Positions 28,271 to 38,669 of a DNA stretch of 60,270 nt are shown here, piece by piece. The notes beneath the pieces were generated by a model, which was given only the letters and a program-made list of their open reading frames with translations, was not told where the DNA came from and did no database searches. The translations under genes were made by a program, and so were the position numbers. Every line of letters starts with the position of its first letter. Positions within the stretch are counted from its first letter, which is position 1. Origin of the DNA: a virus (lineage: Duplodnaviria > Caudoviricetes); IMG/VR virus record IMGVR_UViG_3300037473_000305, positions 1 to 60,270 of that record, one strand, 5' to 3'.

Positions 28271-28971
28271 GCCTCATATTTACTTTTGTTACTGTATAAA
28301 TCCTGTAACACCTCCTTCATCCCGTTGGGCACCCAGCACCGATCGCCGATGCTGAACCATTTGCGGCCTTTTATCTGCTCAATAATTTCTTCATATGTTA
28401 GCGGCATCCTTATCTTACTGTCTTCCATAAACTCGCCATCAATGCCGTTGATGTAACAGTACAGGGTTTTGATGCAGTAGCCGTACCATTTGGTCCAGTC
28501 AGCGAGAGCAACAGAGCGCATGAATTTCTCTTTATTGAAAACTATGGGACAGTGGGTGTCGTAGTTATTAATCGCATAGCCGCCAAGCAGGGATATGGTA
28601 TTGCGTTTCGTTTCACCGTATTGACCCTCACCTGGTACCATTGGCCCGCAGTGATAATACGGGAAGTCAATAGCCTCGTAGTTTTCAAGCAGGAAATGAT
28701 CATCATGCACCATCAAAAAATCTTTGCTGACCCTTCGATCTTTACATGCTGTCAATACCTTATTCATGATGTTAAAGTCACGAAAGCGGTTACGGGCATC
28801 TTCTTCGTATGGTATATGGATACATCCGGCAATCCAGTCCGGACAATAGCCGATGATGAAGATCTTGCCGATGCCTTTCAAATGTTTCTCGATCGATCTT
28901 ATGCACATGCGCAGCTCGAGATTCTTTTGAGTTGATCGGTTATTGAGAGGTATGACTATATCTACGGCCAT
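28267..28971 (-). CDS. Glycosyl/sugar-phosphotransferase-like protein (GT-A; N-terminus Stealth-like)
   Basis: DIVIP, ELR..IRSIEKH, IFIIG..PDW, FLMVHDDHF, H.P. Confidence 0.65.
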   Translation of the reverse strand: MAVDIVIPLNNRSTQKNLELRMCIRSIEKHLKGIGKIFIIGYCPDWIAGCIHIPYEEDARNRFRDFNIMNKVLTACKDRRVSKDFLMVHDDHFLLENYEAIDFPYYHCGPMVPGEGQYGETKRNTISLLGGYAINNYDTHCPIVFNKEKFMRSVALADWTKWYGYCIKTLYCYINGIDGEFMEDSKIRMPLTYEEIIEQIKGRKWFSIGDRCWVPNGMKEVLQDLYSNKSKYEA

Positions 28972-29063
28972 AAAAAATGCGCCTTCAACTCGGGAGTATC
29001 CAGCGCAGATTAACTTACTAACGCAAGTCATTTTCGATCCCGATTTCGCAAATGACCTTTTGG

Positions 29064-29093
29064 CTAAGTTACTATATTTTCTGAACTTTCAAA
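29064..29093 (-). promoter_or_regulatory. Possible Bacteroidota-type promoter for the glycosylation cassette
   Basis: TTTG-18 nt-TAACTTAG (one mismatch to TAnnTTTG) in the terL/GT intergenic gap. Confidence 0.45.
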
Positions 29094-29106
29094 TTAAAAT
29101 GAAATA

Positions 29107-30528
29107 TTATCTGCCTTTAAAATAGCTACTATACCTAGCGTACCTGCAGGCATCTAATAAGTGATTAAATTCATCGACTGGAACATTGGTTATAACCTTA
29201 CCGTAACATACCCACTGATAGTTGTTCAGCTCCATTTTTAGGTTCCGCGAATCTGCGGTATAATGGCAGGTATATTCTTTAAGTTTTGTGATGCCAGCAT
29301 CAATACTCCCCTCGCCTTTCAGTGCCGGGAATGCAGCAACGCCTAATGTCCTTAGTTCGGCTATCTTCCCCGGCATGTGATCGCAGTACACTATTTGGCC
29401 TTCCCTATAACCATTATCTACCAGCCGTTTCTTTATCTCTGCCATTGGGACACCAGGGTCGTATAAACACTCTTTGAAGTAGGCATTGTCACCTACAACA
29501 CCGGACTTCACAAGAGCATTTGTGCCGGTCGTTTTACCAAAGTCCAAACCCCATGTTATCGTCTCGATGTTATCCGGCCACGTTGGTATTTCGATCCAGT
29601 TAGTGAAGATGAGAATGTCTGTATTGGGCTTCGGGTCTTGTTGATACAAACTATTGTAACTAACTTGGCTAAGCTTCTTTTGGCTGAGTACCTTTTCCAA
29701 GCTGTGTTTCGACGCCCACAATACTTCACCCGGCTGCCGCGGGTCATAGTCATGGACATCCTCCGTTCTGATTGCCGGAAATTTGATTACTTCCCATTCG
29801 CCCGGTTCTTCCATTAGCAGGCGCCCGCAAAGATCGTTCTCGTCCCACCTGGTATTCATGATCAATTGCTGGCTATCATTATGTAAGCGGGTTCTAAATA
29901 CATCTACATACCAGTTCCAGGCACTTTCGCTGACAACCATGGACTTTGCCTCTTCGCGGTCTTTGTACAAATCATCAATGATCCCAATATCCACTGGTTC
30001 GGATGTAAGAGATCCCCCACGACCTACGGTCTTCAATGACCCTTTCTTTTTAACTACTTCGAACTTATGTTCCGTACGGGAATAATTGTCGTAATTAGTT
30101 GCAAATATTTTCGAGTAGTTAAGTTTGGTATCTGGGAATACCTGGGCGTAGGCTTCGTTATCAATGTTGCGCTGAATAGCTCTATTAAAGCCGCTGGCAA
30201 TAGTATCGGCATAACTCGCAATAGCAATCTTTAAATCCGGATTCCTACCCAATAGATAAGGAGGGAAAAGCCTTGTTGCGAGTTCAGATTTACCGTGTTG
30301 CGGTGGTAGTAAAATCATCAGCTTCTTTATCTCACCTGCAGCAAACTGGTTTAGCTTCATGCATATGTACGCATGAAACCATTGCATTTCATAGTCTGGC
30401 TTTAGATATTTTACGAAGGGATTAAAATCAATACGGGATTGGCGTATAAGAAGTTCCTGTGCGGCGTGTATTGCCTCAATCAGCGCCTTCCTTTCCAGTG
30501 TTAGGGGATAGCTTCGCTGATAACTCAC
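29107..30528 (-). CDS. terL: Terminase large subunit
   Basis: PPQHGKS Walker A, GIIDD Walker B, GLDFG and NHLLDACRYA nuclease motifs. Confidence 0.95.
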   Translation of the reverse strand: MSYQRSYPLTLERKALIEAIHAAQELLIRQSRIDFNPFVKYLKPDYEMQWFHAYICMKLNQFAAGEIKKLMILLPPQHGKSELATRLFPPYLLGRNPDLKIAIASYADTIASGFNRAIQRNIDNEAYAQVFPDTKLNYSKIFATNYDNYSRTEHKFEVVKKKGSLKTVGRGGSLTSEPVDIGIIDDLYKDREEAKSMVVSESAWNWYVDVFRTRLHNDSQQLIMNTRWDENDLCGRLLMEEPGEWEVIKFPAIRTEDVHDYDPRQPGEVLWASKHSLEKVLSQKKLSQVSYNSLYQQDPKPNTDILIFTNWIEIPTWPDNIETITWGLDFGKTTGTNALVKSGVVGDNAYFKECLYDPGVPMAEIKKRLVDNGYREGQIVYCDHMPGKIAELRTLGVAAFPALKGEGSIDAGITKLKEYTCHYTADSRNLKMELNNYQWVCYGKVITNVPVDEFNHLLDACRYARYSSYFKGR

Positions 30529-30934
30529 ACAGCATTAATTTAAGTTCATCATCTGTTTTAGTGGATAGTGGCTGGTCGGGTACGCCGGCAAACTCGGTAC
30601 GTTCAACATATCCTCTCTTCTTCCCTTTTGTTTTAAGGTAAAAGATAATAGCTGTATCACTGGGGGGAACCGTATATACCTTTGGTTTACCTTCATCATC
30701 AGTTCCATTAGATACTGTAATGCCCTCAATCTTCTCAAATAGCTTGCTTTCTGCAAAATCAATTGCTTCTTCTCCAATGTCATCGACGCATTGCTTATAT
30801 TCGGGATCTTCCTCCAGCCAGCGGTAGTGCGTTTGCCGGGAAATATCAACTACTTCACACGCGGTTTTCACCACCCCAAGCGATTTTCGAAGCGCCTCAA
30901 TCATTCGCTTTTTATTGATGTCACTATTTGTCAT
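30476..30934 (-). CDS. terS: Terminase small subunit
   Basis: HTH (ACEVVDISRQTHYRW), AIIFYLKTKGKKRGY; directly upstream of terL. Confidence 0.8.
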   Translation of the reverse strand: MTNSDINKKRMIEALRKSLGVVKTACEVVDISRQTHYRWLEEDPEYKQCVDDIGEEAIDFAESKLFEKIEGITVSNGTDDEGKPKVYTVPPSDTAIIFYLKTKGKKRGYVERTEFAGVPDQPLSTKTDDELKLMLCELSAKLSPNTGKEGAD

Positions 30935-30943
30935 GAGTTATGC

Positions 30944-30980
30944 CAAAGTTACAATTTTTCAGTAATTACTGAAAATTCAA
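30944..30980 (-). promoter_or_regulatory. Promoter of packaging operon with 20-bp palindrome
   Basis: TAACTTTG -7 box at 30951..30944; TTG upstream; TTTTCAGTAATTACTGAAAA at 30956..30975. Confidence 0.65.
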
Positions 30981-31177
30981 TCAATTTTCACGTGAAACTC
31001 TCTTCACCTTCTCCTTACACCACATCCATTCCGCCTTCAACGTCTTCATATTGAGCACCCACCTGGTGCCAACAGTAATATTGACCCTCGAGGGTCCTAA
31101 GGTGATTGTCCTATACACGATCCGGCTATTTCTTTTCCTGAAATACTCCATCACTCCCAAAGCTCCCAGCGCTACTG

Positions 31178-32323
31178 TCATTGGCCTAAGTCTTTTTTTA
31201 CAGACTCAAAAACACTATTCATGCATTGCTTACATAAGCGGTAGCCGGCTTGTTTTGCATTATCGCAAAGTTCGCATTTGTTTTGTGAAGGCGTGGATTG
31301 CCTTTCAACCATCTTTGCTTTTTCTTCCCATTGCGCAGAGCCTTCTTCGATGGCGTATATCGTGTCGTCCAGAAAAGAAATCAACTCCTGATAACCTCTG
31401 AAAGTTTCAAGCAACTCGATCTGATTCATCGACTTTATTTTTTCTTCAGTCCATTGGTCGGGGCCGCCAAGGAATTTTTCGTATTCTTTCATCTGCTTGT
31501 ATTCTTGAATATAAGAGGACTTGTAATAGCCGGTTTCATCTAAATATTCAACACGTTCAATTGGCAATACCCCCCATTGAGCACTGTGAAAAACTCCGTG
31601 TTGATAAAGGCATGCGAGGTTGCAGATAGTATTGCCGTTATCATATTTTACAAAAAGGATTTCCTTATCAACTTTTGGCAACTGGATACTCGCTTTCACC
31701 CATACCGCTCCTTCCCTTACTACTGGTAACCTGCTAAAGAAGTGATTAAAGCATTCAATAAAGCCTTTTTCGTATGCGGTATAATCCTGGCTTCCAGTTG
31801 GGTAAGGGTTCATTATCTGCTTATAGTAAAACATTTCCTTTTGCGTGATCTCTACCGCCCCTTGTGTGGTGGATGCGGCCTCCCTATCCTCTAATTCGTC
31901 TTTTACAGCTTCCTCCAATTGTTCATTAAAATAGTTATCCGCCAATTTTATCACATCTTCAGCACGGTACATTACTTTCGACATCTTGCCGCCAGTGATA
32001 TGCATGTATACGGCGGGAATTTGTTCAAGAAGAAATGAAAAATCAGAAAGCTCCTTTTTGACCTGATCGATATTAATCGTGCCATCGGGACTACAGACAA
32101 TTTCCTTCCAGAAATCATCCCAAGTTTTTTGCACCTGGCTATCTACAGCCGGAGCGGATGGGGGTTGTGTGGCTGCTTTCTCTATATCGGCCCAAACCTC
32201 ATCTGACATTTTATCAAAGTTGGGAGAAGCGATTTTGTAAAGCTCGTGAAAGGCTTCATTCAAATCCCTTTTAACAAGGGCATCTTTAACTTTCAAAATC
32301 TGCTGTGCTATGTATTGTTCCAT
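31178..32323 (-). CDS. Mosaic hypothetical phage protein
   Basis: 381-aa ORF in co-oriented early gene array. Confidence 0.75.
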   Translation of the reverse strand: MEQYIAQQILKVKDALVKRDLNEAFHELYKIASPNFDKMSDEVWADIEKAATQPPSAPAVDSQVQKTWDDFWKEIVCSPDGTINIDQVKKELSDFSFLLEQIPAVYMHITGGKMSKVMYRAEDVIKLADNYFNEQLEEAVKDELEDREAASTTQGAVEITQKEMFYYKQIMNPYPTGSQDYTAYEKGFIECFNHFFSRLPVVREGAVWVKASIQLPKVDKEILFVKYDNGNTICNLACLYQHGVFHSAQWGVLPIERVEYLDETGYYKSSYIQEYKQMKEYEKFLGGPDQWTEEKIKSMNQIELLETFRGYQELISFLDDTIYAIEEGSAQWEEKAKMVERQSTPSQNKCELCDNAKQAGYRLCKQCMNSVFESVKKDLGQ

Positions 32324-32325
32324 TG

Positions 32326-32589
32326 TTATTGTTTATGTTTTTTGCCACAAAATGGGCAGTAGGTATGGCTAATGTTTACGGTCTGTTTCTTTGGCTTCCC
32401 AATGGTACCATCTTTTTTTAGTGGCGATAATGTAAACTGGAACTCACTATAAGTAGTCCGTGGGCCGAATCCATTTTCGGTAAAATGGAAATGAGATTGC
32501 AGAATTTTGCCGCCCTCAATCTCACCTTGATTAGTTTCTTTTACTCTTTCAATAAGTTTTTCTTCAACGTTTATAATGCAATTGCACAT
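32326..32589 (-). CDS. Small Zn-binding hypothetical protein
   Basis: MCNC...YCPFCGK. Confidence 0.7.
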   Translation of the reverse strand: MCNCIINVEEKLIERVKETNQGEIEGGKILQSHFHFTENGFGPRTTYSEFQFTLSPLKKDGTIGKPKKQTVNISHTYCPFCGKKHKQ

Positions 32590-32596
32590 ATTATTG

Positions 32597-32962
32597 TTAT
32601 TGTTTGTTTATGTATGCGTTGTATTCAGCTTCGGTGGCGGGTAGGTATTCCCATAAATATGACCCAATATCTTCTTCATCAATGGTGAAAAAGATTTCTC
32701 CACCTGCATCAGAACTATAGTTGTAAACTTTTACTATGCTATTGTCATTCTTGAATTTCAAATAATATGGCAAATCTTCAGGATGCCGCCCTTCACTCCA
32801 ATGAAGTTTTTTGAATAAAGCCTTATATCTGTCAATGTATTCTACATCCTCATCAGTAATAGCTCTTATGATTGAGCCAACTTCATAATATGGATGATTG
32901 CGCGGTTCTGGATAGTCAGCAATTACCCGGTACCTTGGTATCATTAATTCTTCTGGTTGCAT
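32597..32962 (-). CDS. Hypothetical phage protein
   Basis: PRYRVIADYP; packed array. Confidence 0.7.
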   Translation of the reverse strand: MQPEELMIPRYRVIADYPEPRNHPYYEVGSIIRAITDEDVEYIDRYKALFKKLHWSEGRHPEDLPYYLKFKNDNSIVKVYNYSSDAGGEIFFTIDEEDIGSYLWEYLPATEAEYNAYINKQ

Positions 32963-32970
32963 GTTATTGT

Positions 32971-33444
32971 TTATACAAGTGTAAGAATATCGTTTAGCGT
33001 ATCAATGGGCGATTTACCTTTGCTGAAATAACCGCGTAGAGCGAATTCGCTTATCTCCTTGCCCTTCAATGCCGGGTAATGCTTCTGTTCTTTCTTCACC
33101 TGTTTGAGCCACTTTTGAAACGGGGCGTCCTGCCTCTTTTCCCATCTTTGTTCACGCTCATATAGACCGCGCGGTTCGCATGATTCGCAGCAATAAAACT
33201 TTCCAGTAAGATCGGAATGATGCCCTGAAGAATGAGTGTCATATAACTCTCCACAAGTGTCACACTTTTCAATGTGATCTGGAATGACGGGAAAATGCTC
33301 TTGCAAATAATATACAACACTAAAAGCCTTGTTCCTGCTTAGTTTAATTTTCTCTTGCAAAAAGTCAAAAACCATCTTTGTCCATTCTAAATCAGACAGT
33401 TCTAATTTATCGTTGTTCTTCAATAATTTTATTTCCCGGTGCAT
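32971..33444 (-). CDS. Hypothetical protein with Cys cluster
   Basis: CDTC...CCESC. Confidence 0.7.
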   Translation of the reverse strand: MHREIKLLKNNDKLELSDLEWTKMVFDFLQEKIKLSRNKAFSVVYYLQEHFPVIPDHIEKCDTCGELYDTHSSGHHSDLTGKFYCCESCEPRGLYEREQRWEKRQDAPFQKWLKQVKKEQKHYPALKGKEISEFALRGYFSKGKSPIDTLNDILTLV

Positions 33445-33473
33445 GTTATTGTTTGTTTAGAGTGGGTTAGTGG

Positions 33474-36400
33474 TTAAGGATTCCATTCTTCCGTAGGAAA
33501 ATCTTCTGGATTCAATAATATGCGATGAATCTTCTTCAGTTCGCCTACGGGGACTTCAAACTCCTTTAGAAAATGGTGGTAGGATTTGAAATTTAAATCC
33601 CATGTATCGCGGGTCATATACAAATTTTGCCACGACCGAAATTCAACAACGACAGCTAATATCAGTTCGCCCGTTGTTCTGGACTTGAAGTTGTGAAACC
33701 TTTTACCCATTACCCACCCCCTTTCCCTGCTCCCCTGCATAGTTGGTGAGGGCTTTACGAGCCACAAGAACAGCCTTTTTATCCCAAGTACTTTTAGGAT
33801 TCTCAGGGAACCGGCTCAATAATTGTTTCAACGCCTCTACCAATACCTTTTCACGGGCAAGGGCGCGGGTGGCTTCGGATGTGGCACCGGCCTGATATGC
33901 TATACGTTGCAATACCATGATCTGTCTTTTGCTATCGCCAGCAAACTCGTGCGATCCCTGTAAAATTCGTTCAATCTTTTCCTGTGGTAGTGTCATCGTT
34001 GGTGGTGTTTAAGGTTCAGGGTATGTTATTCTGATTTCATGTGAACCATAGCAGTTTGAATCAGACAATTGCTTTTCTATTTCTTCAAAGTCGACCGAAG
34101 GAAACTCATCAACACCAGGATCAATATCATCCTTTTTCTCATGGCAGTAAACAATAGACTGCTCGAATAGCTTCAGTAAGTGGCTTTGGAACTCTGCGAC
34201 TGTATCACAGTCAATTGTGATTTCTATTTTCATATTTTTTTATTTTGCGTTAACTCTATTATTTCAGTACCAGTATCATAGGAGAATCGGTAATTGCCCA
34301 TGCTATGGATTTGAGCCTTAGTAATGTATACCCGCCTTCCTTCAACGCAGGACTTAATATCCTCAAACTTAGCTTTACCGAAATCAAAGCTGTCGCCGTA
34401 CAATATCAGGTGCCTATCCTCTTTAGCATACCTATACCAGCCGCCACCTTTAACATCCTCCTTATTATTCACAAGTTGATGATGGTGGGTAACCTTACCG
34501 ATAATCAAGGCATCGCCTTCGATAATGAACTTGCAAAAGACATCCATACGCTTTATAGGTTTAGTGGGGGTTATTGCTTACTGGTAAAGTCGCCTTCCAG
34601 TTGTCTGAGTGCTTCACGCAAAAAGACAATCACTTCTTCATCGGTTCTTTCCTCAGTAGTAAGAAGCATGATCCGGCCTTTTACCTGATCATGCCCAACA
34701 CAGACCAAAATAACAGGTGTGCTGTGATTTTCGTTCAGGCGCTTCTCCCAGCGGCCAAGACGTTCGTGGTTTATCTTTCTTACATTGACTGGCATACAAT
34801 CTTATTTTACTTGGTTGGGTGAGGTTGTTGGTTTAGTTCCGGTGGCACTGACGGCATAAACTGCCATGCTATAACTTCGGTACTATCAAATGGCGGCGCT
34901 CCATTGTACACAAGCGCCCACTTGCCGCCGTCTTGTTCGCGTCGTTTGGAGTTGTAATCTCCTATCCATACAGCCTTACCATCAGTAACCAAAACATCTT
35001 CTCCATCTTTTGGTACTGAAGTAATGCACCTAATCCACCCATCGTATGCTTCAATATCAGCACAAGAGTTTTGAAGGTCTTCGCTTCGGAGTGCTTTGGC
35101 AAGATTTGGGATTTTGTTCTCCCATTTCTTTGCCCATGATTCAAACTTTTCTTTCCTATCCATTTGATAGTTGTTTTAGAATTAATGTATTTTTTTCGTT
35201 CATTCCTTTCGCAGACAACAATGATTCCAGTGATTGCTTCGCATAGGTAAATGGAATATCGTGGTGAAAATTGTTGAAGTCATAGTCCTTGTAGCCGTCG
35301 TCCTCGGGTTCCACTATCCCCTTTGCCACTTCCTCGCTACACTCTCCACTCAGGCAGATGATCTGCCAGGAGCCGGGTGGGAGAAAATAAGTGATCAACT
35401 TACCTTTACAGTAGTAGGTGATAATAGAATCATACTTATTTCCATCCTTTCTAAAATCACTACTTCCCTTCTCAATCTCGATGCCATAATAATTTTCGCG
35501 GAGGTGAATGGGTGTCATGGTTCAATTTGTTTTATTTCTGTACCCGTTGTGTTCCAGCCAGCTGCAAATGCGCTTTGTAGAATGTTGTTGCGATATGGTT
35601 GTTTGATTCCAGCTGCCTTCAATGCTGCACTATTGGCTTTGTAGTCTATCGTTTTTAGATATTCTATCCATGCCTTACGATAATTAGTCGTAAAATATTT
35701 AGTGTTGCTCATCCTTCTTTTGTTTGTGGTGGTTCGATTGGAGGTAATGGCTGATATCTGTTTATTTTATCCAAAAATTCAATAGCCGCCTCCATAACCT
35801 CTTCGGGAGTATCATAACCGCCAGTATTATAAATATCAACATCGTCTTTATCGATAAATACATTATTATTTCCTTCGCCCCAGAATTGAAATGTAAACTG
35901 ATAGCGGTCAGAGTACTTTTTAATTCGCTTGAATAAATGCTCTATATTATTCATGGTTTATGAGTTTGTGATTGAATTATTTTAGCTACCGTGTCTTCTG
36001 GCTTGAATCCCGTATCATCGAGAAATCTTTCCTTTGCCTGCTTCTTTGCATCATGGTCGGCATAAGAATCTATGTTGTAAAAACTGAAGCAGGGGTAGTC
36101 AGGATATTTATTTTGGATAACCATTATTTCGTAGATCATGGTTGCTTAGTTTGTGGTGGTTGAATCGGTCTCCAATGGGTGGGCGTGTAATACACGTACA
36201 TGCTGCCATCTGGATAAAAGAACAAACTGCCCTTTCGCTTTAAAGCCTGTTCATTCCTGCATCCATTCGCGTCGTCTATCTTGGTTTCGACGACTATGCC
36301 TTCCATTGGTTGCTTGTCAGTGAGGCGTATCCAATCATTATTCATACTTTCTGATTTAAAGTTTTTTGATCAATTGCCTGCCCGCTCTCACAGAGCCCGA

Positions 36401-37290
36401 ACAGATCAAAACCCTGTTGGAGTAGGTAGTGTATAGCCGCTGCTTCCTGCCTAACTTGATTTGCTCCTTCGGCCATATTAAAAAGCGTTTCTTTCAAAGC
36501 ATTATAATTGTCACATTCTTCATCCGTCATGTCTTCCAGTTTACGAAGGAGGGGGACAATACCTCCTGGCATATCGAACCCGTCTTTGGTAATTCCTGTA
36601 CTTTTCAACGGCTCATATCGAACTTCATGTAAAGCATAGTCTCCATGGTTGCGCTTTTGATTATATCCACCGTCAATACTGTTTTTCATATGAACCATTT
36701 TCTTGCCGAAATGAACATGAATCCTATCCCTGCCGACAATTGTCCAGGGAAGCCCTTGTATAGTTCCATCGCCATCTGGTGTTCTACAAGGTTGCCCGAT
36801 ATAGTACCGAATAACATCCTTTAACTGTATCATAATTTTTAATTTAAACAAACCACTGTCGCCATCCTGCTTTCCTCTGTCAAATCCCATCGCTCTGCCA
36901 TCACTACTTCCAAATGATATTTCATCATTAAATCACCTAGTGTTTGATAGGGGAAGAGGTAGAAGGTGGTCATGGGTGATATTCTGTTACTTCGAATTCG
37001 TTTGGTTTCAAACCAAGTCTTTCTCCGTTCGGTAAAATGGCAGAAACAGCACCATGCTTGTTTACCCACACGTAGTACTCATTCCCTTCAATACATAATG
37101 TGCCACCTTCAGGAACAAAGATTAATGGGATATCAGGCATTACCGTCATCTTCAGCTTGACTTTCAAAGGAACCTTGCTCCCATATTTCTTTGGATAGGC
37201 AAAGCTGTCATTGCTTTTCCATTGCTGCGTAAGAGCAGGAGAAGTCTTCGCTTTTTCGATTATCTGCTCTATAGTCAATTGTGCTGTCAT
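33474..37290 (-). other. Array of about 13 small co-oriented hypothetical genes, including two DUF551-like proteins (34807..35163, 36136..36345)
   Basis: Tightly packed, often ATGA-coupled ORFs; WI....P...V.V.....V.AW..P pattern in two of them. Confidence 0.65.
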
Positions 37291-37426
37291 GGTTTTTCCT
37301 CATCGTTTAAAAAATTATCAAATTGCGCATCTTTTTTACCGCGCCTAACCCCCAGGTAATAAAAAACAATCAGGGCTACAGTGGTTAAAATAACCCTGAC
37401 CACAGAATCTATATGGAGTATTATTT

Positions 37427-38614
37427 TCATGGCGCTACCTCCCCATAATTTGACGTCGGCCCACCCATCCGTATATTATCCAGGTACAGCACCAGCACAT
37501 CATACGGTGAATACGATGCCCATTGCGGTGTCCATCCCCATTTGTAGATGCCGAACTTGGGATAAGGCCGGTAGAAGTCATTGTAGCAATTCGGGGCGTT
37601 CTGCCGGTCGATGACCTTAATGCCATTGCGCCACATTTCCACTATCCCGGTATTGTCATATGCGAACCTGATATGCATCACCCAGTCATCCCAGACGCTC
37701 GGTGTGAACTTGCCCAGGTTGTAGCTGATCTGGCCGTCTTTGGTCGTGTTGGTATTGCAGCTGTCGGCGTCCCATAAGATCACTGATCGAAAGCTATCGG
37801 CCTCGACCCGCAGGTCAAGTACCGGACTACGTGAATTATCGCATGCATCGTCGGTTCCATGCAACTGAAAGAATATATGGGCATTGCCATCACCGGTTAC
37901 GTTGGTGGGTGAATAGGTAGAAAACCCGAACCACATCTCTGAGTATGGACAGGGGCCTGAGTAGACCTCCGACCGCACGTTCGGCCAGGTGGAACTATCG
38001 GATTTGGCGAGCTCGAACCGCGCTGCGCTTTTACCGCTTCTTACATGACTGTTATCGATCTGCAGCGATCCGGGCCTTGCGGTCTGTTTTATCCAGCCGC
38101 AGGTGCTATCGGCTCTGCAGGCTTTCCATGGCACGCATCCGACCAGGGACTGCTCCCAGTCGCTTTCGAAATCACAAATACGGTACAGACCCGTCGGTGC
38201 GATCTCCAGCCAGTTCAGGCTGTATTTAGCGTACCTTGACTGCAGGCGTAGTTTTCTACTGCCGGCCTTTAGAAACAGCCGTGTTGAGGCTGTATAATAC
38301 GTCTGGTCACTACCTGTAGGTTCGAACCGCATCTTGCCCAGAATGTTCCATGCGCTATCTGCAATCCAGATATCATTGCCGCTGCCGGCGATACGAAGGG
38401 ACAATTTGTAAATTCCGTCTGACGGGAGTGTGACCTGGTATTCGGAGAAATCCATATCTTTGACAAATCCGAGGCAATTGCCCCCTTCACTACAGGGGAG
38501 TACAACAGCACCAAACTGCTGGGTGAAGCTCTCTGCTTCAATATGAATTGTTTGTCCTTTAGTTAGTAATGAGATCATTAGTAACACTGCTGTTAATCTG
38601 CCAGTAATTAACAT
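37427..38614 (-). CDS. Secreted CBM6-like plus polysaccharide-lyase-like (beta-jelly-roll) protein
   Basis: Signal peptide ending KG-Q; IEAESF...G.YKLSLR.A...LNWLEI carbohydrate-binding module; RSE, QLH, W.DWVMHI, YPKFGIYK lyase motifs. Confidence 0.8.
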   Translation of the reverse strand: MLITGRLTAVLLMISLLTKGQTIHIEAESFTQQFGAVVLPCSEGGNCLGFVKDMDFSEYQVTLPSDGIYKLSLRIAGSGNDIWIADSAWNILGKMRFEPTGSDQTYYTASTRLFLKAGSRKLRLQSRYAKYSLNWLEIAPTGLYRICDFESDWEQSLVGCVPWKACRADSTCGWIKQTARPGSLQIDNSHVRSGKSAARFELAKSDSSTWPNVRSEVYSGPCPYSEMWFGFSTYSPTNVTGDGNAHIFFQLHGTDDACDNSRSPVLDLRVEADSFRSVILWDADSCNTNTTKDGQISYNLGKFTPSVWDDWVMHIRFAYDNTGIVEMWRNGIKVIDRQNAPNCYNDFYRPYPKFGIYKWGWTPQWASYSPYDVLVLYLDNIRMGGPTSNYGEVAP

Positions 38615-38669
38615 TGTTTGATTTTTAAATTGTGAAAGAATAGCTTTCACATGTTCTGTTGGTTGGGCC

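Noticed and set aside
21723-28971. GT cassette as a DNA hypermodification or classical Gtr seroconversion locus
   Set aside because: No hydroxymethylase, TET/JBP or own polymerase, and no flippase or polytopic GT-C; disfavoured but not excluded
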